Origin: Ignavibacteriota bacterium
GTDB lineage: Bacteria > Bacteroidota > Ignavibacteria > UBA10030 > UBA6906
NCBI GenBank assembly: GCA_963801355.1
Contig: CAWDEM010000008.1
Location: 1,312,001 to 1,376,000, forward strand
DNA: 64,000 nucleotides
Reading direction: 5' to 3'
The stretch's first letter is position 1, and each line of letters opens with the position of its first letter. Made by a program: the position numbers and the translations under genes. The notes under the pieces were generated by a model. It was not told where the DNA came from. It ran no database searches and saw nothing but the letters and a program-made list of their open reading frames with translations. Of the stretch, positions 29,405 through 39,625 are shown piece after piece.

Positions 29405-29545
29405 ACACGGCGACAATCAACCAATTGAACACGGCAAGAGCCGACCCGATGAACACGGCAAGAGCCAACCCGATGATCACGGTAAGAGCCAACCCGATGA
29501 TCACGGTAAGAGCCAACCCGACGGCCACAGTGAGAGCCGCCTGAG
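29402..29545 (+). repeat. 24-bp minisatellite, 6 units (consensus TGA(A/T)CACGG(C/T)AAGAGCCAACCCGA)
   Basis: Units at 29402, 29426, 29450, 29474, 29498, 29522; units 4 and 5 identical, terminal units degenerate. Confidence 0.92.
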
Positions 29546-29602
29546 GTGTTCCAGCATATCGAAAGCAAACAACAGTAGTCTACCGCGCACAAGGAGAAAA
29601 TC

Positions 29603-31021
29603 ATGAACGAAGTCTCACAAAAACTGCCGATGAGGGAGAAACTCTCGTACGGCTTCGGTGATCTCGCTTCTGTCCTGTACTGGCAGACGTTCATGCTTTA
29701 CTTCACCTTTTTCTACACGGATGTATTCCTCATTCCTGCCGCTGTTGCCGCCACGATGTTTCTGATAAGCCGCATATGGGACGGCGTCAACGATCCGATC
29801 ATGGGCATGGTTGCCGACCGCACGAAGACCCGCTGGGGGAAATTTCGTCCCTATCTCCTCTGGCTCTGTGTCCCCTTTGCAGTTGTTGGCGTGCTGACCT
29901 TCACCGTCCCCGACCTCGGGGAAACGGGAAAACTCATCTGGGCATACGTTACCTTCAATCTTATGATGATGCTGTATACCGGCATCAACATTCCCTATAC
30001 ATCACTCCTGGGTGTGATATCTGCGGATTCCAAGGAACGCACAACAGTCTCCTCCGTGAAATTCCTCTTCGCTTTCTCAGCGGGCATCATTGTCTCTGCC
30101 ACACTGCTGCCCATGGTGAAGTACTTCGGCGGAGGCAATGACGCCAAGGGCTGGCAGATGTCGTTTGTCATCTATGGGATCGCCGCCGTGATTTTCTTCC
30201 TGATCGCCTTCAGGGGGACCCATGAACGGGTGCAGCCGCCGCCCGGCCAGAAGTCATCCGTGAAACAGGACCTTTTCGAACTGCTGACGAACACGCCGTG
30301 GCTGATCCTGCTTGCCGTCACTATCACGTTCATCCTGTTCGTGGCTGTGCGCAGCAGCGTGACGGTTCACTATTTCAAGTATTTCATCGGAGTGCAAACG
30401 CTCACGTTGCCCTTCCTCGGAACAGGAACATATGATTTCAACGCGTTGACATCTGCCTTCAACACCGTCGGCCAGATATCGGCGTTTCTCGGCGTCTTCG
30501 TAGTGAATTGGTTCGCCAAAGTCGTGGGGAAGAAAACAGCATTCGTCATCTTCTTCATTATTGCCATTCTGAGCACTGCAAGTTACTATCTTCTGACCCC
30601 CGACCAGATGGGCCTGATTTTCCTCTTCCAGATCACCGGTTCGATGAGCGGCGGACCCCTGAGCGTTTTGGTCTGGGCCATGTATGCGGACACTGCCGAC
30701 TACGGAGAGTGGAAGCGGGGCCGTCGGACTACAGGCCTCGTTTTCTCGGCGTCGACAATGTCACAAAAGATGGGATGGGCGTTTGGCGCCTTTGTCGCAC
30801 TGACGCTCATGTCACAGGTCGGGTTTGAGCCGAACCAGGCACAGTCGCCGGAAAGTCTGAAGGGCTTGTTGCTGCTCTTTAGTCTTATTCCGGCAATCTT
30901 CGGGGTTGTTGCTATTGCCCTTCTGGGTTTCTACCCCCTGAACGAGAAACGCGTGGCACGGATCGGAGACGAACTCGCTTTGCGGAGAGCAAAGAGTGAG
31001 CAGGCGCCGGGCAAACTATAG
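29603..31021 (+). CDS. MFS glycoside-pentoside-hexuronide:cation symporter
   Basis: EKLSYGFGD, RIWDGVNDPIMGMVADRTKTRWGKFRPY, NIPY, MYADTADYGEWK. Confidence 0.93.
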   Translation: MNEVSQKLPMREKLSYGFGDLASVLYWQTFMLYFTFFYTDVFLIPAAVAATMFLISRIWDGVNDPIMGMVADRTKTRWGKFRPYLLWLCVPFAVVGVLTFTVPDLGETGKLIWAYVTFNLMMMLYTGINIPYTSLLGVISADSKERTTVSSVKFLFAFSAGIIVSATLLPMVKYFGGGNDAKGWQMSFVIYGIAAVIFFLIAFRGTHERVQPPPGQKSSVKQDLFELLTNTPWLILLAVTITFILFVAVRSSVTVHYFKYFIGVQTLTLPFLGTGTYDFNALTSAFNTVGQISAFLGVFVVNWFAKVVGKKTAFVIFFIIAILSTASYYLLTPDQMGLIFLFQITGSMSGGPLSVLVWAMYADTADYGEWKRGRRTTGLVFSASTMSQKMGWAFGAFVALTLMSQVGFEPNQAQSPESLKGLLLLFSLIPAIFGVVAIALLGFYPLNEKRVARIGDELALRRAKSEQAPGKL

Positions 31022-31065
31022 GAACGGATACATAGTGATCAAACGTATCTCACAGGAACAACACG

Positions 31066-32061
31066 ATGAAGAAGACGATAATCGGCAGTGCGCTCTCGAA
31101 TATCCCGTGGCAGGCGAAGCCGAAGGGGTGTTCCGACGTGGTGTGGCGATACAGCAAGAATCCCGTGATCGGGAAAAGGGCTATTAAGGACTCGAGCAGG
31201 ATCTTCAACAGTGCTATCATTCCATATAAGAATGGATTTGTGGGAGTCTTCAGAGCCGACCACCGCAATGGCTATCCCAATCTGCATCTGGGAAGAAGTA
31301 AAGACGGCATCAAGTGGGACATCGACAACGACATCATCACCTTTCTCCAGGAGGACGGGGCTCCGGCAGTGCCGATTCTGTATGGCTATGATCCCCGCCT
31401 CGTCGAGCTGGAAGGGGAATACTACATCACCTGGTGCAACCATTTTCACGGACCGACGATTGGCATTGCAAAGACGAAAGACTTCAAAACCTTCATCCAG
31501 CTTGAGAACGCCTTCCTCCCTTTCAACAGGAACGGCGTTCTGTTCCCAAGGAAAATCAACGGCAATTACGTGATGTTGAATCGTCCAAGCGACAACGGCC
31601 ATACGCCGTTCGGCGACATCTATCTCAGTCAGAGTCCGGACATGACGTTCTGGGGAAAGCATCGACTTGTCATGCCCACGACGCACTATTGGTGGAAGAA
31701 CGTGAAGCTCGGCGCAGGCCCCATCCCCATCGAAACCACCGAGGGGTGGCTCTTGATCTACCACGGAGTCTGCGCAACGTGCAGCGGATTCATCTACAGC
31801 ACCGGCGCGGCATTATTGGATATCGATGACCCGTCCAGGGTGATTGTGGATTGTGAGAACTACATCCTGACTCCGGAAGAGCCGTACGAGACCACGGGAT
31901 TTGTAGCCAACGTGACATTCCCGTGTGCGACCCTGCAGGATGCTGCGACCGGAAGGCTGGCCATATTCTACGGCGCGGCGGACACCTACTGTGCGCTGGC
32001 CTTCGCGCAGGTGGATGAACTGATCGACTATATCCGGAGCCACCCTGTCCGCACACTGTAG
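31066..32061 (+). CDS. GH130_2 beta-1,4-mannooligosaccharide phosphorylase
   Basis: VWRYSKNPVI, IFNSA, YDPR, AFLPFNRNGVLFPRKING, RPSDNGHTPFGDI, YGAADT. Confidence 0.93.
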   Translation: MKKTIIGSALSNIPWQAKPKGCSDVVWRYSKNPVIGKRAIKDSSRIFNSAIIPYKNGFVGVFRADHRNGYPNLHLGRSKDGIKWDIDNDIITFLQEDGAPAVPILYGYDPRLVELEGEYYITWCNHFHGPTIGIAKTKDFKTFIQLENAFLPFNRNGVLFPRKINGNYVMLNRPSDNGHTPFGDIYLSQSPDMTFWGKHRLVMPTTHYWWKNVKLGAGPIPIETTEGWLLIYHGVCATCSGFIYSTGAALLDIDDPSRVIVDCENYILTPEEPYETTGFVANVTFPCATLQDAATGRLAIFYGAADTYCALAFAQVDELIDYIRSHPVRTL

Positions 32062-32118
32062 AACGCACGCGGCCTGACCGAAGGAGAACACTCGCACAAG
32101 TTTCGAAAGGGTGAGATC

Positions 32119-34513
32119 ATGCAGTTCGGGCATTTTGACGATGTCAACAGGGAGTATGTCATTGAACGGCCTGATACGCCGCGCTCATGGAGCAATTATC
32201 TCGGCTCCACCGAGTACGGCGCGATCATCACGAACAATGCCGGCGGCTACAGCTTCTACAAGTCGGCCGCACAGGGACGTTTCACGAGACTCCGGTTCAA
32301 TGTCATCCCCGTGGACCAGCCCGGGCGGTACTGTTACATCCGCGACCGCAAGAGCAAGGACTTCTGGTCCACCTCATGGCAGCCGGTGGGCAAGTCGCTG
32401 AGACGATACAAGTCCGAATGCCGCCATGGAATGGCATACACGAAGATCTCCTCACTTTACTCCGGCATCAGAACCGAAGCGCTCTATTTCGTACCGCTGG
32501 GCCGCGCGTATGAATGCTGGCTCATGAAGGTGACAAATACCGGCACAACAAAGCGATCCCTCAGCCTGTTCACCTACGTGGAGTACGCGAACAACTGGAA
32601 GCTCTCGCAGGATCTCATCAACCTGCAGTACTCCCAGTTCATCGTGAAAATGAACGTGCTCGACGGCATCATCGATCATGGCACAAACGTCTATATGCCC
32701 GAGCGGCCTGATCACTTTGAAGACGACGGGCAGGCGCGCCATACGTTTCTTGCCGTCGCCGGTGCCGACATCGCAGGATACGACACGGACCGCGATGTGT
32801 TCATTGGCCCTTACCGCACGTATGCCGACCCTATCGTGGTCGCGGAAGGCCGCTGCCGGAATTCTATTGCAGTCGGCGACAACGCATGCGGCACACTCCA
32901 GGTCGACATCGACCTGCGCGGCGGCGAGTCACGTGAACTTGTTGTGCTCATGGGGATCGGTACTGCAGATGTCGCGGGAAAAACAGCGGTCCGTGAGTGC
33001 GGGAGCCCCGCCAGAGCCCGGCGTGAGTTCACCAGGCTGAAACAATTCTGGCACGGCAGAATACAGGGGCTGGCCGCGACGACGCCGGATCGTGAACTCA
33101 ACAGCATGCTCAATGTATGGAACCCGTACAACTGCCTCATTACTTACGCATGGTCCAGAGCAGCCAGCCTAGTGTATACCGGCGAGCGGGACGGTCTCGG
33201 GTATCGCGACACCGTTCAGGACATGCTCGGCGTTCTGCATTTGATCCCCGACGAAGTGAAAGAGCGTCTTGAGCTCATGATCACCGGTCAGGTCTCGACC
33301 GGCGGCGCGATGCCGGTCGTGAAACCGTTCGCCCACAAACCCGGCAGCGAGCAGCCACCGGATGAATCCGAATACCGCTCCGATGATTGTCTCTGGCTGT
33401 TCAACACTGTGCCCGCGTACGTGAAAGAAACCGGCGACGGGTCATTCTACGAAAAGATCCTGCCGTACGCCGACCATGGCGAGGATACGGTCCTCGGCCA
33501 TCTGAAGCGTTCCATAGAGTTTTCGCTGCAGCGTTCCGGCGCGCACGGCTTCCCGTGCGGACTGCTGGCCGACTGGAATGACTGCCTGCAGCTCGGCCAC
33601 GACGGCGAGTCGGTCTTCGTGGCGTTCCAGCTGAGGTATGCGCTTGCGACCTACATCGAGATATGCGCGTTTCTTGACAAAGCCGGCGAACTTGAGTGGG
33701 CCTCGGGCCACCTGGACACGCTTGATGAAAATCTGGAGAGGCACGCATGGGACGGGGCATGGTATGCACGTGCCTTCAGAGCCGACGGATTGACATTCGG
33801 CACAAAGGACAACGACGAGGCTTCGATTTTCCTGAATCCGCAGTCATGGGCGGTCATCAGCAAACATGCATCCCGCGAGCGATCGGAAGCGCTCATGGAC
33901 ACTGTGCAGGAGCGCCTGGCGACGGAATATGGTCTGATGATTTGTGACCCGCCCGTAGAAAGGACTGACCCCCGGGTGAACAAATCCCGGTTGTTCAACA
34001 AGGGTATGAAGGAGAATGCCTCCGTCTTCTGCCACACCCAGGGATGGGCCATCATGGCTGAGACGCTTCTGGGGAGGGGCGACCGCGCGTATGATTATTA
34101 TCGCCGGTTCATGCCCGCGGCATACAACACCAGGGCTGAGATCCGGCAAATTGAACCGTACGTGTACTGTCAATTCACGAACAGCAAGTACAGCCCTCGA
34201 TACGGAGCATCGCGCCTGCCCTGGTTGAGCGGAAGTGCCGCGTGGGCGTACTACGCCGTGACACAGCACATCCTCGGGGTGCAGCCCGACTATGCTGGGC
34301 TCCGGATGGACCCGTGTCTTCCCTCCGGATGGCGGGAGGTGAGGATTACGAGGGTGTTCCGGGGGAAGAATCTGCGCATCACCATCAAGAATCCGGATGG
34401 CGTGCAGAAGGGAGTGAAGAGTCTGAAACTCAACGGCAAATGTGATCGATGGAAATCTGATCGCGGCGGAAGAGTTGAAGCAAAACAATAGCGTCGTCGT
34501 CGTCATGGGATGA
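32119..34513 (+). CDS. GH94 phosphorylase (chitobiose/cellodextrin phosphorylase-like) with apparent frameshift near the 3' end
   Basis: RDGLGYRDTVQD, RSDDCLWL, ADWNDCL, KENASVFCHTQGW. Frame as given stops at 34491; the +1 frame after AAA 34438-34440 gives the family-like ending NVIDGNLIAAEELKQNNSVVVVMG* at 34513. Confidence 0.88.
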
Positions 34514-34624
34514 GCTGACCATAACCGCACTGGCTGCGCTTTGACAATCTCAGGTCACGCGTCTAGCGAAGCTCTGCGAGAATGCCAACCCATGCCTGGA
34601 GCGCGAGTGATGATCAAGCAGACC

Positions 34625-37600
34625 TCATGGTTGGACGGTAGGATTGTACGATGCGATGATGCGTCCGTCACGGCCCACAAGCAGCAAAGCGCCCCTTCCT
34701 GCATCGAGCTGAACGTGGATCTCCGCTCCGCTCATCTTGTCGCGGAAAGCGACCGGTGAAGACTCCATGCTCTCAGAAGTTAACACATACAGTGTTGCGT
34801 CGGGCAGCTGCGTCGGGCTGATGAGAATACCGGGATCTGCACACGTGGTCTCATAGACGGCTTGTGTCCCGGCGCGATTCATTGCATACCGGTAGATGCG
34901 CCCGACTTCATCGAGTTGTTCCGCCATCTCGAGCGGCAGTGCACAATAGAGTATCCTGCCCGCGCCGAGAGGGATCTCAAGAAACGTCTGCCCGCCGGGC
35001 AGTATACCCCGATCGCAGTAGGTGGTCCTGTCCCCGCCATAACTGAGACGGGAGGTGCCCTCCGGCCACTTCACGGCGACCTCCCGGGAGGTCAGCGCCC
35101 CCCACGAGTATTTCACATTCCAGTCACGCGTGCGTTCAGGAATCGCTGCCCAGTGTTCGTCTGCATCTATCCTTCCCGAAACGAGCAGTGTCGCTCCGGC
35201 CCGCACTCTGTTCATGAGCAGGTCCCATGCCTCCTGGTGCAAAACCCACGGTGACGGAAGGATGATCAACCGGGCATCGGGCATTTGTGAAAGCTGATAC
35301 TCACCCGCTACAAACGCTGTTCCCCTTGCGTGATGATAGAGCGCCCGTACGGCGTTTTGTTGCACCGTGATCCCCAGGCTGCTGAGTACGGAAAGCTGAA
35401 GCGACTGCGGCAAGACGATTGCGATGTCGGGGAGCCGGGCCTCCGTTGCATGCGATTGGGCTCTGCGTGCAAAGTCGGCAATCCCCTTGATGACATACAC
35501 CCATTGTTTTTCCGAACCATCACGTCTCAGGAGCCCAAAGTTGTCGCTCCGTGTCCAATCCCAGTGCAATACACCCGCGTTTGCATTCGCGAACCCGAGC
35601 ACCAGCTTGCGCTCGAGAAGAGGTACCCCATGGACGTCGTCCCAGCGCGAGGAGCCGTCCATGGTCCACACGGGCTGCGGGCCCGTCTCGCCGAGGAGGT
35701 TGGGTTTGTGCGGGCTCTTCGCCACGACCGAGTTCCACAGCAGCGCGTCATCACGCCACCAGGAGTGATTCACCGTATAGGCAACCGGCGAAAAAGCCCA
35801 GAACTGGTTCAGCACACGGTCTGTCACGCCACCTTCATCCTGACCCACCGTCACAATCTGCTCTGATCCCGCGGCGCGGATAGCACGGATCATCGTCTCG
35901 ATCCACTGGCTAAACGCATCCTGTGCAAACAGGTTGTAATCCACCGCGCGAATGAGGCGCATGTTGCCGGATCGTGCAGGCTCGAGGTCGGCTGTAGCCG
36001 GCAACTGAACCCTGTCGAATGCGCCCATTTCACCGGGCGATGTGCGCCACGCCCGGGCGAGCTTGTCAATTGAGGTGTACCGCTGCTCAAGCCACCGTTG
36101 CCAGGCCGCAAGCTCCTTAGGGTCTCCGTTTGGTGAGTTCCCCTTCCACGGGCGCCTGGGGTTGGTGAAGCTGGGTTCATTGATAAGATCGTAGCTCAGG
36201 AATGGCACGTTCTTGAACCGGGACACGATGGTGCGGACGTACGCGGCCTGGGCTTCAATTGCAATCGGATCCATGTAAGGATTGGACCCCGGCCCCAACC
36301 TGTTCCCTTCCTGCCCCGGGCCTTGCTGGAGTTCGGTTTGCGGATCAAAGGCAAAGAACGTGAAGATGATCTGCATGTGGTGCCGGGCCGCTGCATGCAG
36401 GTACGCCTCGAGGGCGGACAGCAGACGTTCATCAGCGGCTCCACTTACCGGATCAAGATAGCGCACACGGTTGAGCCATATCCCGGTCCGCACCGTATTG
36501 AACCCCAGCCGTTCCATATCGGCGAAGTCCTGTTCCCACCCCCACGCATTGCCGCCGAGACTTCCACCAACAAAGAATCCCGAAGTATAGGGATCGGTCG
36601 AAAAGTAGTTCGCTCCCACCATCAGCATGGGCTTCCCGCCCACCCGAAAATAGTCGCGTCCCGCTTCCAGACGCTCCCCGGATTGCATGAGCCGGGAATC
36701 ACGCACCACGATACCCGAGGTGTACCGCTCGAAGAGTGTATCCCCGAGGAAGAGACTCGCCCGCACTTTGTAAAGCCCGGAGTCTTTAAGGGGCACGCTG
36801 AGTCCGAGTTCTTCATGCAGCGAGCTGCGGCAGATCATCGTTCTGGAGGCGAGGACCTTTGAGCCGGATAACACTTCGAGAGTCAGCTTTGCGGGGGTTT
36901 CACCACGTAGAACGTCAACTGCGCCCATAACGCGCGAGCCGGGATCCACGGTCATCGCTTGCAGATCCAGCCAGAGGCGGACACCCCCGCGCGAGGCGTA
37001 CAGCGCGGCATCCCGTATCAGCTCACTTCCTGTCCGCGAATCCCAATACCCCGGCTCCGGCTCAAAGCTCAGGTACACGCGCCGCTTCGGTGTTTGACCG
37101 TTGTGTGTCATGTCGTCTGCAACGACAGGCGCGGCAAGCCGCCGGCCATCGCCCCCGACAAGAAAGCCAAGGCCGCGGTACCTTTCTCCGTATCCCGCAT
37201 GAACGAAGACACGGCGTGCCTGCAGATCATCGTTGCGGAACCACGGTGCATCTTCATCCCACTGGATTTTCCACGGACCTTGCTGGGGCGCTGCATAGGA
37301 GTGCATTATCCCGAGGGAACGGGAGTACGTATTTTGCGGTTCCCCGGATTGCCATCCGGCGCTATCGCGGTACACCGGCACATAGAGCGGCCGTCCACCC
37401 AACACCAGCAGATTGCCATGCTCGATGTGCTGTCGGATTATCTCCCACGCATCCGCGGGAAAAGCGGAGCCGTAGGGCAACACGAGCAAGTCACCCTCGG
37501 CCAGGGCATTCTTCTTCTGCAGTTCGGTGAGGCCGACAAATCGAGGCTGCAGAGATCCGAGGGCACCCTCCAGCACCGATCGGCTGATCGCTCCGCTTTC

Positions 37601-37714
37601 CACAACCGGGAAGTTCTTCTCCACGAAGACTACCGTCTTGCCTGAGCAAGTCATTGTGGCCATAAGGAGAATGCCTACACAAGCGCATGGGAAACGGACG
37701 GAGAAGGTGCTCAT
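34625..37714 (-). CDS. Large secreted clan GH-A glycoside hydrolase (GH5/GH42-like barrel plus trimerisation-like domain)
   Basis: Signal peptide from MSTFSVRF (37714); GANY, DFADMERLGFNTVR, SYDLINEP, GH42-like WQRWLEQRYTSIDKLARAW, LLGETG. Confidence 0.75.
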   Translation of the reverse strand: MSTFSVRFPCACVGILLMATMTCSGKTVVFVEKNFPVVESGAISRSVLEGALGSLQPRFVGLTELQKKNALAEGDLLVLPYGSAFPADAWEIIRQHIEHGNLLVLGGRPLYVPVYRDSAGWQSGEPQNTYSRSLGIMHSYAAPQQGPWKIQWDEDAPWFRNDDLQARRVFVHAGYGERYRGLGFLVGGDGRRLAAPVVADDMTHNGQTPKRRVYLSFEPEPGYWDSRTGSELIRDAALYASRGGVRLWLDLQAMTVDPGSRVMGAVDVLRGETPAKLTLEVLSGSKVLASRTMICRSSLHEELGLSVPLKDSGLYKVRASLFLGDTLFERYTSGIVVRDSRLMQSGERLEAGRDYFRVGGKPMLMVGANYFSTDPYTSGFFVGGSLGGNAWGWEQDFADMERLGFNTVRTGIWLNRVRYLDPVSGAADERLLSALEAYLHAAARHHMQIIFTFFAFDPQTELQQGPGQEGNRLGPGSNPYMDPIAIEAQAAYVRTIVSRFKNVPFLSYDLINEPSFTNPRRPWKGNSPNGDPKELAAWQRWLEQRYTSIDKLARAWRTSPGEMGAFDRVQLPATADLEPARSGNMRLIRAVDYNLFAQDAFSQWIETMIRAIRAAGSEQIVTVGQDEGGVTDRVLNQFWAFSPVAYTVNHSWWRDDALLWNSVVAKSPHKPNLLGETGPQPVWTMDGSSRWDDVHGVPLLERKLVLGFANANAGVLHWDWTRSDNFGLLRRDGSEKQWVYVIKGIADFARRAQSHATEARLPDIAIVLPQSLQLSVLSSLGITVQQNAVRALYHHARGTAFVAGEYQLSQMPDARLIILPSPWVLHQEAWDLLMNRVRAGATLLVSGRIDADEHWAAIPERTRDWNVKYSWGALTSREVAVKWPEGTSRLSYGGDRTTYCDRGILPGGQTFLEIPLGAGRILYCALPLEMAEQLDEVGRIYRYAMNRAGTQAVYETTCADPGILISPTQLPDATLYVLTSESMESSPVAFRDKMSGAEIHVQLDAGRGALLLVGRDGRIIASYNPTVQP

Positions 37715-37748
37715 AATATTACTTGAAGTTCGTGTCTGTAGAAAAGGA

Positions 37749-39536
37749 TTAGCGCAACAAGAGCAGCATCCGTGTCTGCACAAACCCTTGTCCTGGGCCA
37801 GCCGGAGGATTCTCCACTCCGCTCCCGGAGTCACGCCCGACGGCGGAGTCTGTAGGGCGGACCTGCATCCTGCAGACGTACACGCCGCCGGCAAGACCGG
37901 CCGCGTTCCATGTCACCGAATAATTGCCCGGTGCTTTGTTTTCATTCACCAGCATCGCCACCTCACGCCCCAGCAGGTCGTACACGGCAATGTTTACCCA
38001 CTCGTGCCCCGTGCCTCGTGCCTCATACCCGATTATGGTGCTCGGATTAAATGGATTCGGATAGTTTTGATAGAGCCGGAACAGTGATGGTCCGTCGCCG
38101 GGTTCCCTCACATCCGTCGGTCCCCCGAGGCCTCCATCGGCAGCCAGGAGCTGCGCATAGATGTCGTCCTGGCTGGTTTTCCGCACGTCCACCCACGTGA
38201 CGATCGCGCCTCCCCTTTTATCGGCTGCAATTCCGGGACTGATCTGCCGATTGTCGGCCAGACTAACCGGGATACCGTTTGGGGTCCATCGAACAGAGCC
38301 CGTGCCGTCGATACGCTGTGCATAGATATCCGAATAGTACGTCGGTTCGTTATCCCAGGCAACGATCGCACCACCGGTGCCATCGGCGACAATTGCTGAA
38401 GGCCATTGATTGTCCCATGCCCGGGCGATCAGGATGCCATTTTGATCCCATTTCGCCTGACCGGATGCATCGATCCGCTGCATATAGATGCCGCTCTGGG
38501 AGTTTCCATTGGCGTCCTGCCACGTGACAACCGCGCCGTGAGCACCATCGCCCGTAAGCACAGGTGAGGTCTGATTGCCGGCCGCCGTGGAAATTGCCAC
38601 GCCGTTTGCATCCCACATCACGACTCCCTCGATATTGATGCGCTGGCAGTAGATGTCCAGGTTGCCGCTTCGGAAGTCCATCCATGTAATGATGGCTCCT
38701 CCGGCACTATCGCTCACGCTTGCAGGGTACATCTGAGCGTTGGGGGCAGCACAGATCGGGACCCCGGTTGAATCCCACTGCATAGCCCCGAGCGAATCGA
38801 TCCGCTGGGCATAAATGTCGGAGTGGATCCCGCCGGAGTCGGCATTCCATGCAATGATGGCTCCTCCGGCAAGATCACTCACTATCTGGGGAGGACCCTG
38901 GTTGATGACTTCCGTGGAGACGATCACACCATTGGAGTCCCACCGAGGGATTCCCGACGCATCGACGCGTTGCGCGAAAATGTTGTAGCCGGACGCGCCG
39001 CGGCGGTAATCATCCCAGGCAATGATCGCACCTCCCGTACGGTCGCTGACGATATTGGGGAAGAGCTGAAACTTCGGGCTTGTGGATATCGGCACTCCGC
39101 CCGCCGGCCACTGCAGAAGGCCCGACCCGTCGACATGCTGGCAATAAATATCGATCTCGGAACCCCCTCTGCGACGATCGTGCCATGTAATAATGGCTCC
39201 GCCCAGACCATCACTCACGAGGCGGGATGTTGTCTGATCGCCCGGCGCGGTGGAAATTGGAACTCCATCTACGGTCCACAGCATCACTCCTTCCGCACTT
39301 ATGCGTTGTGCGTAGATGTCAAAATCAACACCATTGCGGAGATCAGTCCATGAGATGATGACACCGCCGGCACCGTCGCTCACGATGGCCGGCTCATCCT
39401 GGCTGTGAGATTCCGTGCAGATCCCGGTGTTGAGATATGGGTCGGTGGACCACTGACTGAAGGAGTGTGAAAAGAGAGAAGCCGATGCAAACGCGAGGAG
39501 TATCCACGCACGGCAGAACCGGAGACTTGTGTTCAT
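37749..39536 (-). CDS. T9SS-secreted repeat protein (eight ~58-aa repeats, probable beta-propeller)
   Basis: Repeats IVSDGxGGAIIxWxD...DIYAQRID..G...W...GV; signal peptide; CTD. Confidence 0.85.
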   Translation of the reverse strand: MNTSLRFCRAWILLAFASASLFSHSFSQWSTDPYLNTGICTESHSQDEPAIVSDGAGGVIISWTDLRNGVDFDIYAQRISAEGVMLWTVDGVPISTAPGDQTTSRLVSDGLGGAIITWHDRRRGGSEIDIYCQHVDGSGLLQWPAGGVPISTSPKFQLFPNIVSDRTGGAIIAWDDYRRGASGYNIFAQRVDASGIPRWDSNGVIVSTEVINQGPPQIVSDLAGGAIIAWNADSGGIHSDIYAQRIDSLGAMQWDSTGVPICAAPNAQMYPASVSDSAGGAIITWMDFRSGNLDIYCQRINIEGVVMWDANGVAISTAAGNQTSPVLTGDGAHGAVVTWQDANGNSQSGIYMQRIDASGQAKWDQNGILIARAWDNQWPSAIVADGTGGAIVAWDNEPTYYSDIYAQRIDGTGSVRWTPNGIPVSLADNRQISPGIAADKRGGAIVTWVDVRKTSQDDIYAQLLAADGGLGGPTDVREPGDGPSLFRLYQNYPNPFNPSTIIGYEARGTGHEWVNIAVYDLLGREVAMLVNENKAPGNYSVTWNAAGLAGGVYVCRMQVRPTDSAVGRDSGSGVENPPAGPGQGFVQTRMLLLLR

Positions 39537-39625
39537 GTTGCCTCAAATCGCTCCAGAGACGAGCTGGTTTCCAGGAGCAAGTTAAGGCAAATTTTCACAA
39601 AATCCATCTATGTGGTGCGTGTCGC

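Noticed and set aside
29402-29545. CRISPR array
   Set aside because: Units are contiguous with no unique spacers, and no cas genes are present.
37715-37894. N-terminal extension of the clan-A GH ORF
   Set aside because: Overlaps the 3' end of the upstream T9SS gene; the signal peptide starts at 37714.
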